This document shows, piece by piece, positions 9,981-20,666 of a DNA stretch of 61,589 nucleotides. The DNA is from an uncultured archaeon. Lineage in GTDB: Archaea; Iainarchaeota; Iainarchaeia; Iainarchaeales; JAAZKV01. How positions within the stretch are numbered: the stretch's first letter is position 1; every line of letters starts with the position of its first letter. A program made the position numbers and the translations under genes. Below the pieces are notes generated by a model. The model did not search any database and was not told the origin of the DNA. It was given only the letters and a program-made list of their open reading frames with translations. The DNA lies in NCBI GenBank assembly GCA_964619405.1, contig CAZUCF010000005.1, forward strand, positions 1 to 61,589, read 5' to 3'.

Positions 9981-10373
9981 TTAATCGTTTATTTCTTCGG
10001 TTTCTACAAAAGTTAATTTTCGTATAAAAATTGTTTTTCCCCCATTTTTTTTTATTTTTTGTCTTAATTCTTTGTCATTTGTTGCTATTATAAATTCATT
10101 GCTTTTTTCAAGCATTTCTTTGTCAACATTATTTGTTTTTGATTCTAACACAATAATATTTTCTAATTTCAATATTTTTTTTATTATCTCAAATTCTTTT
10201 TTTATTTTCTTGTTTTTTGACAGGCCTTCTAACTCGTTAATTACTCCTTCGGTAGTATAAAATTCTGCACTAATTTTTCTTTTTAATTCTTCTATTCCAT
10301 GGATCTTGTATCTTATCATAGTTAAGAAAAAATTAGTGTCAATCATTATTTTATATGACTTCTCCATAAGCAA
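9981..10373 (-). CDS. PIN-domain protein (Fcf1/Utp24-like) of the eif2g-rpoE cluster
   Basis: IDTNFF, V..EL, IATNDKELR motifs; conserved position after eIF2-gamma. Confidence 0.85.
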   Translation of the reverse strand: MLMEKSYKIMIDTNFFLTMIRYKIHGIEELKRKISAEFYTTEGVINELEGLSKNKKIKKEFEIIKKILKLENIIVLESKTNNVDKEMLEKSNEFIIATNDKELRQKIKKNGGKTIFIRKLTFVETEEIND

Positions 10374-11586
10374 TTAACCTCCATTGACTATTGATATTTT
10401 TGCTTATAGCAATTTTTTCATTTTTTTCAATTATTTCAGGATTTTTCAAATTAATTTCAACTTCATCTTTTTTTATTGATGTTACAAAACCGATTCCAGT
10501 GTTAGTTCCAATTGTTAGAACTAATGGTTCATTCATTTTTAATTCCATGCTTTTTTGTTCAACATTAATCATTCTTTCAAACAAATTAACTTTTACTTTC
10601 ATTTTGTTTGTTGGTTCGGGTAAAGAATCTTTTTTCGCAATTATTTTTCCTCTTAATTGATCATTTTGTGCTATGCTCGGATCCAAATTAGTTCCAATTG
10701 CGATTAGGCCGCCGGGGTGGGCTTCGCTAATTAGTCCTTTGTTTGTTGATATTGACAAAACTTTTATTCTTGTTTTACCATCTAACCCTGGAAAAATTTC
10801 AACTTCGTCTCCAATTTTTATTATTCCTTGTGAAATACTTCCACCGAGAACAGCTCCCTTTATTTTTTGTATTTCTGTTCCTGGTTTGTTTATATCAAAG
10901 CTTCTTGCAATAAACATTTTTAATGGTTTTTTCAAATCATGTTTTAATGTGGGGATAGTTGTTTCTATTGCTTCTTTTAGCAAGTCAATGTTTGCTCCGA
11001 AATTTGCTGATGTTGGTATGATTGGTGCTTTTTCAAAACCGTATTCTTTCAAAAACTTTTTTATTTTTTCATAATTTTCTATTACTTTTTCTTTTGGTAT
11101 TAAATCAATTTTGTTTTGTGCTACAACAATATTTTTTACTCCAGCAAATCTTAATGCCATTAAATGTTCTATTGTTCTTGGTTGTGGGCATTCTTCGTTT
11201 GATGCAACAACTAGTACTGCTCCATTCATTAGAGCTGCCCCGCTTAACATTGTTGTCATTAGTGTTTCGTGCCCGGGCGCGTCAACAAAACTTACTGTTC
11301 TTTGTCCAATTATTTTTCCTTCTTCTTTTTGATTACTATAAATTATTCCTTTTTTTGTTTCTATTTTGTAGAATGTTGTGTCAGCGTAACCTAATCTTAT
11401 TGATATTCCTCTTTTTAGTTCTTCGCTATGCGTATCAGTCCATGTTCCTGTCAAGGCTTTTGTTAGCGATGTTTTGCCATGGTCAACGTGTCCAATCATC
11501 CCAATATTTATTTCTGATTGTGCAACCTCGCTTTTTGGTGTTTTAACAATCTTTTTTGTAATAATCTTTTTTTTTGTTTCCTTCAT
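10351..11586 (-). CDS. eif2g: Translation initiation factor 2 gamma subunit
   Basis: [34 protein letters not shown]. Confidence 0.97.
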   Translation of the reverse strand: MKETKKKIITKKIVKTPKSEVAQSEINIGMIGHVDHGKTSLTKALTGTWTDTHSEELKRGISIRLGYADTTFYKIETKKGIIYSNQKEEGKIIGQRTVSFVDAPGHETLMTTMLSGAALMNGAVLVVASNEECPQPRTIEHLMALRFAGVKNIVVAQNKIDLIPKEKVIENYEKIKKFLKEYGFEKAPIIPTSANFGANIDLLKEAIETTIPTLKHDLKKPLKMFIARSFDINKPGTEIQKIKGAVLGGSISQGIIKIGDEVEIFPGLDGKTRIKVLSISTNKGLISEAHPGGLIAIGTNLDPSIAQNDQLRGKIIAKKDSLPEPTNKMKVKVNLFERMINVEQKSMELKMNEPLVLTIGTNTGIGFVTSIKKDEVEINLKNPEIIEKNEKIAISKNINSQWRLIAYGEVI

Positions 11587-11599
11587 TTTATCATCTCTT

Positions 11600-11632
11600 A
11601 AAAATAAAAGGAGTTAATTATTATAACTCCTT
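11600..11632 (-). terminator. Hairpin plus U-tract downstream of rps6e
   Basis: AAGGAGTT/AACTCCTT 8-bp stem followed by TTATTTT on the minus strand. Confidence 0.4.
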
Positions 11633-11645
11633 CTAATTGAATTTT

Positions 11646-12125
11646 TTAATGTCTACCTTTTTTTGTTGGTGCGTCTCCAAGAGCATCTGTTCCTGCAAGT
11701 TCTTTGCTTTGTTTTAATGCTTTTTCTTTTGCACTTACTTGTTCTTCTTCACTTGTTTTTTCTTTTACAAATATTTCTTCTATTTTTTTTGTTCCTTCTT
11801 TAGTTATTTTTAGGTTTACTTGTGATATTTCTTTGCTTATTGTGTTTCCTCTTACAGAAACCCTTTTTCTCTCACCTTTTCTTTTTGATTTGGTTTTAAA
11901 GCCCAGCCCTTTAGCAGTAAGAATTTTTTTTCTTGCAATTCCTTGTACTGAATTATTCATTGGGAAGCCTTGTTTATCACTTCCTCCTGTTATTACTGCT
12001 TCAAAGCCAGTCAAACCTATGCTATCCAATTTAACCGTTTCACCTATTTTCTTGTTTGTGAATTGGTCTTCATCAGTGCTTGTACTATAAGCCTTTCCAG
12101 ACTTTGTGCTTATTACGAACTTCAT
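11646..12125 (-). CDS. rps6e: 30S ribosomal protein S6e
   Basis: ITGGSDKQGFPM, GER.R.SVRGN.I. Confidence 0.95.
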   Translation of the reverse strand: MKFVISTKSGKAYSTSTDEDQFTNKKIGETVKLDSIGLTGFEAVITGGSDKQGFPMNNSVQGIARKKILTAKGLGFKTKSKRKGERKRVSVRGNTISKEISQVNLKITKEGTKKIEEIFVKEKTSEEEQVSAKEKALKQSKELAGTDALGDAPTKKGRH

Positions 12126-12293
12126 TTTAAATCCTCCTAAACATAATTTTTTAAAATTATTATCTTTGTTTTTTTTCTAAATTTTTTATTCATTTTTTGT
12201 TATTTATTTTTTTTAATTTTTTTTTATTTGTTTAACTTTTTATTCATTTTTTTATTTGTTTTTTTATTGTTTATTAATTTTTTATTTGTTTTA

Positions 12294-14030
12294 TTATTTC
12301 TCATTTTTTGTTTTTATTTCTTCTAACAATTTTCTTTCTTCTTCACTGAATTCATCAATGTATTTGTTTAATTCACAATATTGTTTTGTTGGTATGCAAG
12401 TATACAATTTTTCTCCTTCAAAAAGATTTTTTCCAACATTGCCATCGTCTATTGCTATTGCTACTTCATCACCTTTTTTTGCTTCCTTTACTTTTTCGCC
12501 CTCGCTTTGTATTCCAGTTAGTTTTCCAATTATTTCTCCTTGTTCGTTTATTATTTTCCAGCCTTCTTTTAATTTTCCTTCTTCTATTCGCACTCCAATA
12601 ATTGCTGGTTTGTTGTTTCTAAAAACTTTTCCTTTTAGGAATTGTATTTTTGCTGGTAGTACGAGACAAGAAAAACTTTGTTCTTTCTGAATTTTTTTGT
12701 TTTTTTCAACCCATTCAAAATAATTTTCTATTATCTTGTAAATTACTTTGTCATTAAAAATGGTTATTTCTCTTAGATTTGCTTCTTTTTCAGCATCCCT
12801 ATCAATATTAACATTGAACCCTATTACTACTCCTAAGTATGTGTCCTCGCAAGCTATTGATGCTGCTTCCATAATGTCTTTTCTATTTATGTTTCCTATT
12901 TCAGCTTTTTTCACGCTAATATTTTCTTTTTTAAATAATTCTACTATTGCTTCAAGTGAACCAATTGCGTCTGCTTTTATTATTAGGCCTTTGCCGTCTG
13001 TTTTAAAAAAACTTTTTTTTGCTTCCATTTCTAATTCTTTCACATCATCTTCTTTTTGAATAGTTATTAATGTTGAACCAACTAGTACTTCGTCAAGGTT
13101 TGGCGCAGAAATTTTTAATCCTGATGCTGCAAACGCTTCTTTTACACTAAAAAATTTTTCTTTTGTTTCAAGCATTTCTTCGAGTGGTTTTGTTTGTAAT
13201 AATGCTCTTATTTTTGTTTTTATTATACCATTTTTTCCTATTACAGCGATTTCATCATTTACTCTTATTTTTCCTTCGTACAAAATAATATCAATTGTTT
13301 TTCCTAATCCTTTTTCTTCTTTTGCTTCTAACACTGTTGCTTTTGCTTTTTCATCTAGTTTTATTTCCAAATTTTTTTCTAAATATTTTTGACTTAGCCC
13401 AGCTAGCAAAGTTAGTATTTCTGGTAACCCTTCTTTTGTTTTTGCTGAACATGGTACTATTGGGATTTGTTTTCCAAATTCGCACCTATCAAATCTTTCA
13501 CTTTGAAAACCATTTTCAAATATTTTTCCAATTAAATTATATAGTTTTTCATCAACCCTTGCTTTTACTTCTTCGCTTTGTTTATTAAAATTTGCGATAA
13601 AACTACCTTCTTTTGAATCATAATAATGAATCATATCTATTTTGTTCATTGCTATTATGAACGGGACTTTGTTTATTTTCAAAATATTTATTGCTTCAAT
13701 TGTTTGTGGTTGTATGCCTTGCATTGCATCAACAACAAGTATTGCTAGGTCAGCAATACTTCCTCCTCTTTTTCTTAGGTTTGTGAATGCTTCGTGTCCT
13801 GGCGTGTCAATAACAAGTAATCCAGGAATCTTTAAATCAAAACCAAATTTTTTTATTAGTTCTCCAGCAATTTTTTTTATTGATTCGATTGGTATTTCTG
13901 TTGCACCAATGTGCTGGGTTATAGCGCCTGCTTCTTTAGCAGCTACTCTTGAAGAGCGTATTGCGTCAAGCAAGCTTGTTTTTCCATGGTCAACATGGCC
14001 CAGCACGGTTATTATTGGTTTTCTAATCAT
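12294..14030 (-). CDS. infB: Translation initiation factor aIF5B/IF-2
   Basis: [40 protein letters not shown]. Confidence 0.97.
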   Translation of the reverse strand: MIRKPIITVLGHVDHGKTSLLDAIRSSRVAAKEAGAITQHIGATEIPIESIKKIAGELIKKFGFDLKIPGLLVIDTPGHEAFTNLRKRGGSIADLAILVVDAMQGIQPQTIEAINILKINKVPFIIAMNKIDMIHYYDSKEGSFIANFNKQSEEVKARVDEKLYNLIGKIFENGFQSERFDRCEFGKQIPIVPCSAKTKEGLPEILTLLAGLSQKYLEKNLEIKLDEKAKATVLEAKEEKGLGKTIDIILYEGKIRVNDEIAVIGKNGIIKTKIRALLQTKPLEEMLETKEKFFSVKEAFAASGLKISAPNLDEVLVGSTLITIQKEDDVKELEMEAKKSFFKTDGKGLIIKADAIGSLEAIVELFKKENISVKKAEIGNINRKDIMEAASIACEDTYLGVVIGFNVNIDRDAEKEANLREITIFNDKVIYKIIENYFEWVEKNKKIQKEQSFSCLVLPAKIQFLKGKVFRNNKPAIIGVRIEEGKLKEGWKIINEQGEIIGKLTGIQSEGEKVKEAKKGDEVAIAIDDGNVGKNLFEGEKLYTCIPTKQYCELNKYIDEFSEEERKLLEEIKTKNEK

Positions 14031-14032
14031 TT

Positions 14033-14569
14033 TTATTTCCTCTTTGGTTTGGATTTTGCGTATTCTTCTTGATCACTTTTTCTATCGCTTTCTATTGGTT
14101 TGTATTTTTCTCTTTCAGAACCACAGTAAATCCAATTGAAATTTAATTGGTCGTATTCAAAAAGTTCTTCTTCTTTAAAGAATCTTTTTATTTCTTGTTC
14201 GGCAACATCATTGTTTTCTGACGCGTGAACAATGTTAGTTTGAATGCTCATTGCATAGTCTCCTCTTATTGTTCCAATATCTGCTTCTCTACCATTTGTT
14301 GAGCCAACGAGTGTTCTAACAACTTGCACTGCTTCTTTTCCTTCTAAAACCATTAGAACGCATGGTATACTTGTCATGTAATTTAATAGTTCTTGGTAGA
14401 ATGGTTTGCTTTGTAAGTGTGAGTAATGATCCTTTAATGTGTATACATTGAGCCTTTCTAATTTTAACCCAATTATTTTCAATCCTTTTCTCTCAAACCT
14501 TTTTATTACTTCTCCAACCAAGCACCTATTCACACCGTCTGGTTTTACTATTACTAATGTTCTTCGCAT
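14033..14569 (-). CDS. ndk: Nucleoside diphosphate kinase
   Basis: [21 protein letters not shown] catalytic His. Confidence 0.97.
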   Translation of the reverse strand: MRRTLVIVKPDGVNRCLVGEVIKRFERKGLKIIGLKLERLNVYTLKDHYSHLQSKPFYQELLNYMTSIPCVLMVLEGKEAVQVVRTLVGSTNGREADIGTIRGDYAMSIQTNIVHASENNDVAEQEIKRFFKEEELFEYDQLNFNWIYCGSEREKYKPIESDRKSDQEEYAKSKPKRK

Positions 14570-14598
14570 ATAACCCGCCCCGATTTTTTTCCAATTTT

Positions 14599-14723
14599 AA
14601 TCAACCCAAAAGAAATCTTCAACGTTTACGTTGGAGTTTGAGATTTCTTTTCCGTTGACGGAAAAGTGAATACTTCTGCTGTAAACCAGCAGAAGCCACA
14701 CCCTTTAGGGTGTGGTAATTCAC
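14599..14723 (+). mobile_element. 125-bp IS200/IS605-type element / omega-RNA-like scaffold, copy 2, between rpl24e and ndk
   Basis: Near-identical to 4451-4575 (one C>T at 14619); flanks are unrelated beyond an upstream TTTT. Confidence 0.7.
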
Positions 14724-14735
14724 TATTTTAACGTA

Positions 14736-14951
14736 TTATTTTTTTTCACTTGCTTTTGTTGATGCTTGTAAAGTTTTTTTCATTTTGTTGTATGCGTTCG
14801 TCCACTTTGTTTTAATTGGTTTTCTTTTCATTTGAACCATATTTTTCTCGCATTTGTTTGTACAAAAATAACTTATACTCCCATCTTTTTTTGCAAATAT
14901 TTTTCCAGTTCCTTCGGGAATATCTATTCCACAAAAACTACATTTAACCAT
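14736..14951 (-). CDS. rpl24e: 50S ribosomal protein L24e
   Basis: KCSFCG.DI.EGTG...FCTNKCEK. Confidence 0.95.
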   Translation of the reverse strand: MVKCSFCGIDIPEGTGKIFAKKDGSISYFCTNKCEKNMVQMKRKPIKTKWTNAYNKMKKTLQASTKASEKK

Positions 14952-14977
14952 GTTTTCACCTCTTGGTTTTTTGTTAA

Positions 14978-15187
14978 TTATGCTTTTATTTCTTTTGCTT
15001 CTCTTTCAGTATCCAACAAAAGTATGATGTCTCCTTTTCGAATTATTCCCAAAGTGTTTCTCCTCTTTACACGACCTTTTTCTGGGCCTTCAAGAATTCT
15101 ACACAAAATTTGGGTTATTTCGCCGTGCACACCAGTTGATTTAACAATTTCAACTACTTCTGCAGGTGTTCCCATATCGTTTCCCAT
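14978..15187 (-). CDS. rps28e: 30S ribosomal protein S28e
   Basis: TG..GEITQ..CRILEG...RN..G..RKGDI..L..TEREA. Confidence 0.95.
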   Translation of the reverse strand: MGNDMGTPAEVVEIVKSTGVHGEITQILCRILEGPEKGRVKRRNTLGIIRKGDIILLLDTEREAKEIKA

Positions 15188-15195
15188 TTTTTCAC

Positions 15196-15555
15196 CTACT
15201 TTCTTAATTCCTCTATTTTTGCGCTCAACTCTTTTATTTCTTTTTCAGCAGAGCTCTCTATTATTGCAATCGCACTTGTAGCCATTCTTAAACCAGCTTT
15301 TTCTCCAAGCTCTTTTCTTGTTTCAATATAAGAGCAAGCAATATTTTTTTCCTTGCACAATATTGGTAAATGCATTACTATTTCTGCAGGAGAAACATCT
15401 TCTGCTATCACAACTAATTTTGCATTACTTCTCTCAATTGCTTTTGTTACTTCGTTCAAACCAGCTTTGATTTTTCCTTTAACTGATTTCTCAATTATTT
15501 TTTTTGTATCATTTTTTAGAGCATCGCTTAACTCTACTTTAACATATTCAGTCAT
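15196..15555 (-). CDS. rpl7ae: 50S ribosomal protein L7Ae
   Basis: [29 protein letters not shown]. Confidence 0.97.
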   Translation of the reverse strand: MTEYVKVELSDALKNDTKKIIEKSVKGKIKAGLNEVTKAIERSNAKLVVIAEDVSPAEIVMHLPILCKEKNIACSYIETRKELGEKAGLRMATSAIAIIESSAEKEIKELSAKIEELRK

Positions 15556-15834
15556 CTTAATTCCTCCACTTCAATTGTCAGAACCAACTAGAATTAGTAT
15601 TGTTAATTCCTCGGCCGATTCTAAACATCAGCTTCATAGGTTAGATTTTTCCTAGAAACTATTAACTATTTTCCTATTAGAAAACTTTAAAAAGGTGGTT
15701 TTTATAAAATCATTTTTAACAAAAAAGTTATGTATAATATAATTTTTATTGTTAGTGAAATTATTTTGTATTATTTGTAGAATTATTTTGTGTTGTTTGT
15801 TAAATTATTTTTTAGTTTTATTTGAATTATTTTT

Positions 15835-17526
15835 TTATTCGTGTGAGAAAACAAAATACATTTTTTCTTTGTCTTCTATTCGAGCGTAACCAATATTATT
15901 AAAGTATATTACTTGTCCTTCTTTTTCTTTCATTAAAATTGGTGTACTCAAACCAATTTTTTCTTTTCCATTACTCATTAGTATTCTTACTTCAACATTT
16001 TCTTTTAACCAATTAATTGTTTTGTAACCTGTTTTTTCATAACCCAAAAAAAATGCTTTTGCTCCAAATTCAGAAGTTTCTTCAATTCTTGCATTAAAAC
16101 CATCTTTGAATCTAACAAGTTCCCCAATTTTAATTTTCTGCATTTCTTTCTTATCAATAATAAACTTTTGTATTGGCCCGTCAATTAGAATTTCTTGTTC
16201 ACTAATAATTATTTTTCCTTTTGAAAAATTGTTGATTTCTATTTCTATTCCTTCTTCTATGAATGGGTAATTTTTAATTTCTCCTAAAAATTTTTTATTT
16301 ATTGAAGCCATGTTCTCTAAACTTATTTTTGCTTCATTAATATTTAAACCTAATTCAAAAACAATTTGTCTAATAGTCTCGGGTTTAAAACCGCGTCTCC
16401 TAAAAGATTTTAGTGTTGCTAGTCTTGGGTCATCATCCCTATTTAAGCCTTGTTGTTCCATCAAAACTTTTATTTTGCTCTTGCTTAGTACCATGTCCCC
16501 TATTTGCGAGATTTTTCCATGGTATTTTGTGTGTGGGTAAACCCAATTAAAATAATCGTATAATTGTCTTTGTTTCTTTTCATTTTGAACATGTTCTTGC
16601 CCGCGTATAATAAAATTTATTTGCATAGTGTGGTCATCTACTGCGCTAGCAAAATTATATGATGGCCAAACATGATTGTCTAATACTTTTTTGTTTGGGT
16701 GTTCTACGTTATCAACTATTTTTGCGAGCCACCAGTCCCTAGTACTAGAATCCTTGTCATTTAAATCTGTTTTCAAGCGAACAACACAACTACCTTCTTT
16801 TAACTCATGTTTCAACATTTTTTTCCAATTCTTTAATTGTTCTCTAGAATTTTTTTCTCTGCATGGACAAGCCTCGCCCTTCCAAATTCTTTCTCTCCAT
16901 TCAATAGGTTTACAAAAACAAATATATGCTTTCTCTTCTGCTAACAAAATTTCTATTATTTTATAATATTGTTTTAGGTTGTTTGAAGCATTACTTGTCC
17001 CGCTAACACTTATTCCTAACCACTTAAATTCTTTAAGAAACTCTTCTTCAATTCCATCTACAGGTTTTTTTATTTTTGGGTCAGTGTCATCAAACCTAAT
17101 AAACAATTTTCCACCATATTTTCTAACAAACTCATCACTTAGTATTGCTGGTCTAGCGTGCCCAAAATGCATTGCGCCACTAGGGTTTGGTGCTACCCTA
17201 GTAATTATTTCTTGTCCTTTTTTCAACCAATCTAATTCTGGGAGAGTTTTTTCTTTCTCAATATGTTTTAACTCCCAACCACTTTCATTAAAAATATTAT
17301 AATCTTCTTCAATTCTTTTTTTGTCTAATTGGTTTACTTGTTCAACAGTTTTTTTTATTATTGGAATAATTTGGCCTATTATTGCTTTTGGGAAAATAGC
17401 TTTTACTTTTCCAACTACCGCTCCCACATCTGCTTTTCCGTGTTCAAAATGATTTTTTATTGAATACTTGTAAGCAATTCTTTCTACTTCGTTATTATTA
17501 CTTGATTCAATAACTATTTTCTCCAT
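15835..17526 (-). CDS. gltX: Glutamyl-tRNA synthetase (archaeal type)
   Basis: TRVAPNPSG..HFGH, RFDDTDP, IIRGQEH, VLSKS. Confidence 0.95.
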   Translation of the reverse strand: MEKIVIESSNNNEVERIAYKYSIKNHFEHGKADVGAVVGKVKAIFPKAIIGQIIPIIKKTVEQVNQLDKKRIEEDYNIFNESGWELKHIEKEKTLPELDWLKKGQEIITRVAPNPSGAMHFGHARPAILSDEFVRKYGGKLFIRFDDTDPKIKKPVDGIEEEFLKEFKWLGISVSGTSNASNNLKQYYKIIEILLAEEKAYICFCKPIEWRERIWKGEACPCREKNSREQLKNWKKMLKHELKEGSCVVRLKTDLNDKDSSTRDWWLAKIVDNVEHPNKKVLDNHVWPSYNFASAVDDHTMQINFIIRGQEHVQNEKKQRQLYDYFNWVYPHTKYHGKISQIGDMVLSKSKIKVLMEQQGLNRDDDPRLATLKSFRRRGFKPETIRQIVFELGLNINEAKISLENMASINKKFLGEIKNYPFIEEGIEIEINNFSKGKIIISEQEILIDGPIQKFIIDKKEMQKIKIGELVRFKDGFNARIEETSEFGAKAFFLGYEKTGYKTINWLKENVEVRILMSNGKEKIGLSTPILMKEKEGQVIYFNNIGYARIEDKEKMYFVFSHE

Positions 17527-17605
17527 GAATGATTTTATTAGAAAAAGGTTTATTATTTGTATTGATTATATTCAAATTGAATTGTTTTGAAAAACAGTTT
17601 TTTAT

Positions 17606-18346
17606 TTAATATTTCTTTGCTTTTTCCCAGTGTGAATTAAAATAATGTGTTAATGCATTTGCCATTGGGGCATTATCAGTTAATATTGTAAAATGGTAAT
17701 CTGGTTTATCTTTTTTAAAATCACTTATTGCCAAAATTACTTTTTTATCATCTATTATAAAAGCGTTTAAACCATGATTTAATTGTTTTACTTCGGATAT
17801 GTCCTTTAAATTTTTTGTTTGGTTTGAGTTAAGAAGTTTTACTTTAATTTTTTTTTCAAAAGCACTTCTTAGTGCATCTTGTATTATTAAATTTTCATCA
17901 GTTATCTCTGTTAACCCTTGTATGTTGTTTTTTGCTTTTCCTATTTCTTGTCCCAAAATTCTTTCAAAATCTTGCTTGTCTTTTACCTTCATTATTTTTT
18001 CGCCTTTTTCTTCAATGCTATCGTCTAAAACAATTTCTTTTTTAAATTTACTTGCTTCATTTTCAAGCACATTTAATTGACTTTTCTTATCACTCATTAA
18101 TGTATCAATTGCTCTTTCGGGTTCTATTGCTCTATAAAGTTTTGGACGCCCTTTTATTTCAATTAGCAATCCTTTTTGTATTAGTTTTTCAAGAACATCA
18201 TATACCCTCGTTTTTGGAACTTGTGCTACTCTAGAAATTACTGGTGCTTCTGCTTCCCTTAATTTAAATAAAGTATTAAGCGTTTTTGCCTCGTATTCAG
18301 TAAGACCCAATCTCTCTAAAAGATAATATGCATTAGAATTAACCAC
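17606..18346 (-). CDS. TrmB-family transcriptional regulator
   Basis: LGLTEYEA...VPKTRVYDVLEKL..KGL wHTH plus C-terminal effector domain; GTG start at 18346 with GAGGGG RBS. Confidence 0.88.
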   Translation of the reverse strand: MVNSNAYYLLERLGLTEYEAKTLNTLFKLREAEAPVISRVAQVPKTRVYDVLEKLIQKGLLIEIKGRPKLYRAIEPERAIDTLMSDKKSQLNVLENEASKFKKEIVLDDSIEEKGEKIMKVKDKQDFERILGQEIGKAKNNIQGLTEITDENLIIQDALRSAFEKKIKVKLLNSNQTKNLKDISEVKQLNHGLNAFIIDDKKVILAISDFKKDKPDYHFTILTDNAPMANALTHYFNSHWEKAKKY

Positions 18347-18415
18347 TAAAAACCCCTCTATACTATAACTTAAGTAAAACAAGTATTTAAATTTACTTGT
18401 TCCGGTTAATAAGCT

Positions 18416-19144
18416 TTAATTTCTTCTTTTAAATGGGCGTCTTGTTCTATTACTAAATCTTGTTTTGCTTTTTGAAGTGTCCTTGTCAGTTAAAATTTGC
18501 TCAAAATCTTCTATTTTTGCATTAAAAGTATTTTTATCAATTTCTTTTCTTTGAATAAGTATTTCTCTTGTTAGTAAGTAAAATATTAATGCTATTGCTT
18601 TTCTTCCCTTATTGTTTGCTGGTATTACTAAGTCAATATTTTTTAATGGTGATTCACTACCAGCTATTGAGAATACTGGAATGTGTGATTCAGTTGCTTC
18701 TTTTAATGCTTGTGAGTCACTTATTGGATCGCAAATCAAAATTATTTTTGGTTCAAAAAAGGATCTTGCTTCTGGATTAGTTATTGTTCCAGGAACAAAT
18801 CTTCCAACAAATGATTTTGCCCCAATCATTGATGCGAATTTTTTTATTGGTGTTTGGCCATATAATTTTCTACATATTACTGCAATTTCATTTGGTTCAT
18901 ATTTTGCTAGAGTGTTTGCAACCATTTTTATTCTCTTGTCAATTGTTTCTATGTTAAAAACCATTAAACCGTCTTTTCTTTTTTTGAATATATATTTTCT
19001 CATTTCTCCACTCTTGAATTTTGTTCCAATGTGTATTCCGCTTTTTAAATAAGTTTCTATGTCAGTTAAAAGTTCTTTGCCCTTGTAAACTTCTGCATCG
19101 TCTTCTTCAATTTTTTCTTCTTGTTTAAATTTTTTTTCAATCAT
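18416..19144 (-). CDS. rps2: 30S ribosomal protein S2
   Basis: YLKSGIHIGT, RFVPGT.TNP, IPANNKGRKA. Confidence 0.97.
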   Translation of the reverse strand: MIEKKFKQEEKIEEDDAEVYKGKELLTDIETYLKSGIHIGTKFKSGEMRKYIFKKRKDGLMVFNIETIDKRIKMVANTLAKYEPNEIAVICRKLYGQTPIKKFASMIGAKSFVGRFVPGTITNPEARSFFEPKIILICDPISDSQALKEATESHIPVFSIAGSESPLKNIDLVIPANNKGRKAIALIFYLLTREILIQRKEIDKNTFNAKIEDFEQILTDKDTSKSKTRFSNRTRRPFKRRN

Positions 19145-19157
19145 TTTTTACCACTCT

Positions 19158-19358
19158 TTATTTTTGATATTTCATTACTTCGTCTGTTAAGTCAATGCTT
19201 GTTAATAACATTTTTCTACAACAGTATTTTTTTATGTTTAAATCGTCAAGGACTTTCCCTGCGTCTTCGCCTTTAGCAACTCTTTCTTGGAATTCTTGGT
19301 AGAAACCAGCAACTGGTTTTCCACAAGAAAAACATCTTATTGGTATAATCATTTCCAT
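19158..19358 (-). CDS. rpoN: RNA polymerase subunit Rpo10 (N)
   Basis: IPIRCFSCGK...LDDL...YCCRKM. Confidence 0.97.
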   Translation of the reverse strand: MEMIIPIRCFSCGKPVAGFYQEFQERVAKGEDAGKVLDDLNIKKYCCRKMLLTSIDLTDEVMKYQK

Positions 19359-19789
19359 TACCTCTTACTTTTTTGCTTTTTTTTCCTTGCTTTTGTTCCA
19401 AGTGGTTTTTTTGTCTCCACTTTTCTCACATCATCAACTAATAATGCTCTGTCATATAACATAAACAAATCTCTATATTTTTTTCCTTTTGCTTTTACTA
19501 TTGCTTTTGCTATTACTGACCTTACTGCAAAAATTTGACTCATTCTTCCTGAACCTTTCACTGTTATATTAATGTCAAATTCATTTATTGTGTCCTCAGC
19601 AATTTTTATTGGTTCGTCAAGCATTTCTTTTATGTGGCCTTCAGCGTAAGCATTTATGCTCAAGTGGTTAATCTTTATTTTTCCATTTCCTTTTTTTATT
19701 GTTGCTCTTGCTATAGCAGTTTTTTTCTTTGATTTAACTTGCATTCCAGCTTTTTTAGTAGCTATTTTTACTTTTTTCTTTTCTTCCAT
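19358..19789 (-). CDS. rps9: 30S ribosomal protein S9
   Basis: KKTAIARA...G.G.I.IN, YDR.LLV.D.R..E.KK...ARKK.QKS.R; ATG 19789 follows the rpl13 stop. Confidence 0.95.
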   Translation of the reverse strand: MEEKKKVKIATKKAGMQVKSKKKTAIARATIKKGNGKIKINHLSINAYAEGHIKEMLDEPIKIAEDTINEFDINITVKGSGRMSQIFAVRSVIAKAIVKAKGKKYRDLFMLYDRALLVDDVRKVETKKPLGTKARKKKQKSKR

Positions 19790-19790
19790 T

Positions 19791-20210
19791 TTACCACTTT
19801 CCACCTAGTTCTTCTGCAACTTCTTTTAAACTCATAAAATCGTGTTTTTCATTACATTTTAATTCAGCAATAGTTTCTGCTTTTTCTAAACTAATATTTT
19901 TTGGTATAAGATTATAAATTGTTACTTGTTTAATCAATCTTTCAGCAGTTTTTTTTCTTGAAGGCAACATGCCCTTAATTATTTTTCTAAGTATTTTACT
20001 TGGAATCCTATCATATTTTGGACCGTAATGTGGGTTTGATTTTACTGCTGCATCCACTCTGCTTTGGTATTTTGGCATTATAGATTGTTTTGTTCCAATT
20101 ATTATTGCTTTCTCAGCATTAACAATAACAATAGTTTCCTTATTAATTATTTTTTTTGCTATTTTACTAGCTAATCTTCCTGCTATTAAACCATCTGCAT
20201 TTATTATCAT
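19791..20210 (-). CDS. rpl13: 50S ribosomal protein L13
   Basis: INADG.IAGRLAS, IVNAEKAII.G, IKGMLP. Confidence 0.95.
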   Translation of the reverse strand: MIINADGLIAGRLASKIAKKIINKETIVIVNAEKAIIIGTKQSIMPKYQSRVDAAVKSNPHYGPKYDRIPSKILRKIIKGMLPSRKKTAERLIKQVTIYNLIPKNISLEKAETIAELKCNEKHDFMSLKEVAEELGGKW

Positions 20211-20564
20211 TTATTTCACCAAAATTAAATTTTTTGTGTCAACTTTTTCGTCAACAAAGTCTTTTAAAAAAATAAATTTTCCTTTTCCCAAAATCTTTTC
20301 AATTGTTTTTTGTGAAGCATTAACAGCAACTATTGTTGCTTTTTCTTCTAATATCCCATTTGACAAAACTTTTCCTGGGATAATAAATGTTTTATCTTTA
20401 TTTTTTAAAGCCATTTTATTTATTTTGTCAAGATTAACAACAATATTATTTCTTGTTGGTTTTTGTAATCTTTCTGCCAAGTCAATCCAAATTTTCTTTT
20501 TAGTCTTACGACCAGTTATTTCCAAACTTGTAACTAACTTTTGTGTTTCTAATTTTTTACTCAT
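20211..20564 (-). CDS. rpl18e: 50S ribosomal protein L18e
   Basis: IW.DLAE.L..P.R...VNL.KI, IPGKVL..G. Confidence 0.93.
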   Translation of the reverse strand: MSKKLETQKLVTSLEITGRKTKKKIWIDLAERLQKPTRNNIVVNLDKINKMALKNKDKTFIIPGKVLSNGILEEKATIVAVNASQKTIEKILGKGKFIFLKDFVDEKVDTKNLILVK

Positions 20565-20666
20565 TCAATTCACCTTTTTATTCGCTTCTCTTTCGAGTCA
20601 CTCGTACAATTCTGTACTAAATTATTTTTTTAATCGTTTTTCTTATTAATATTTGTTTGATATTAA

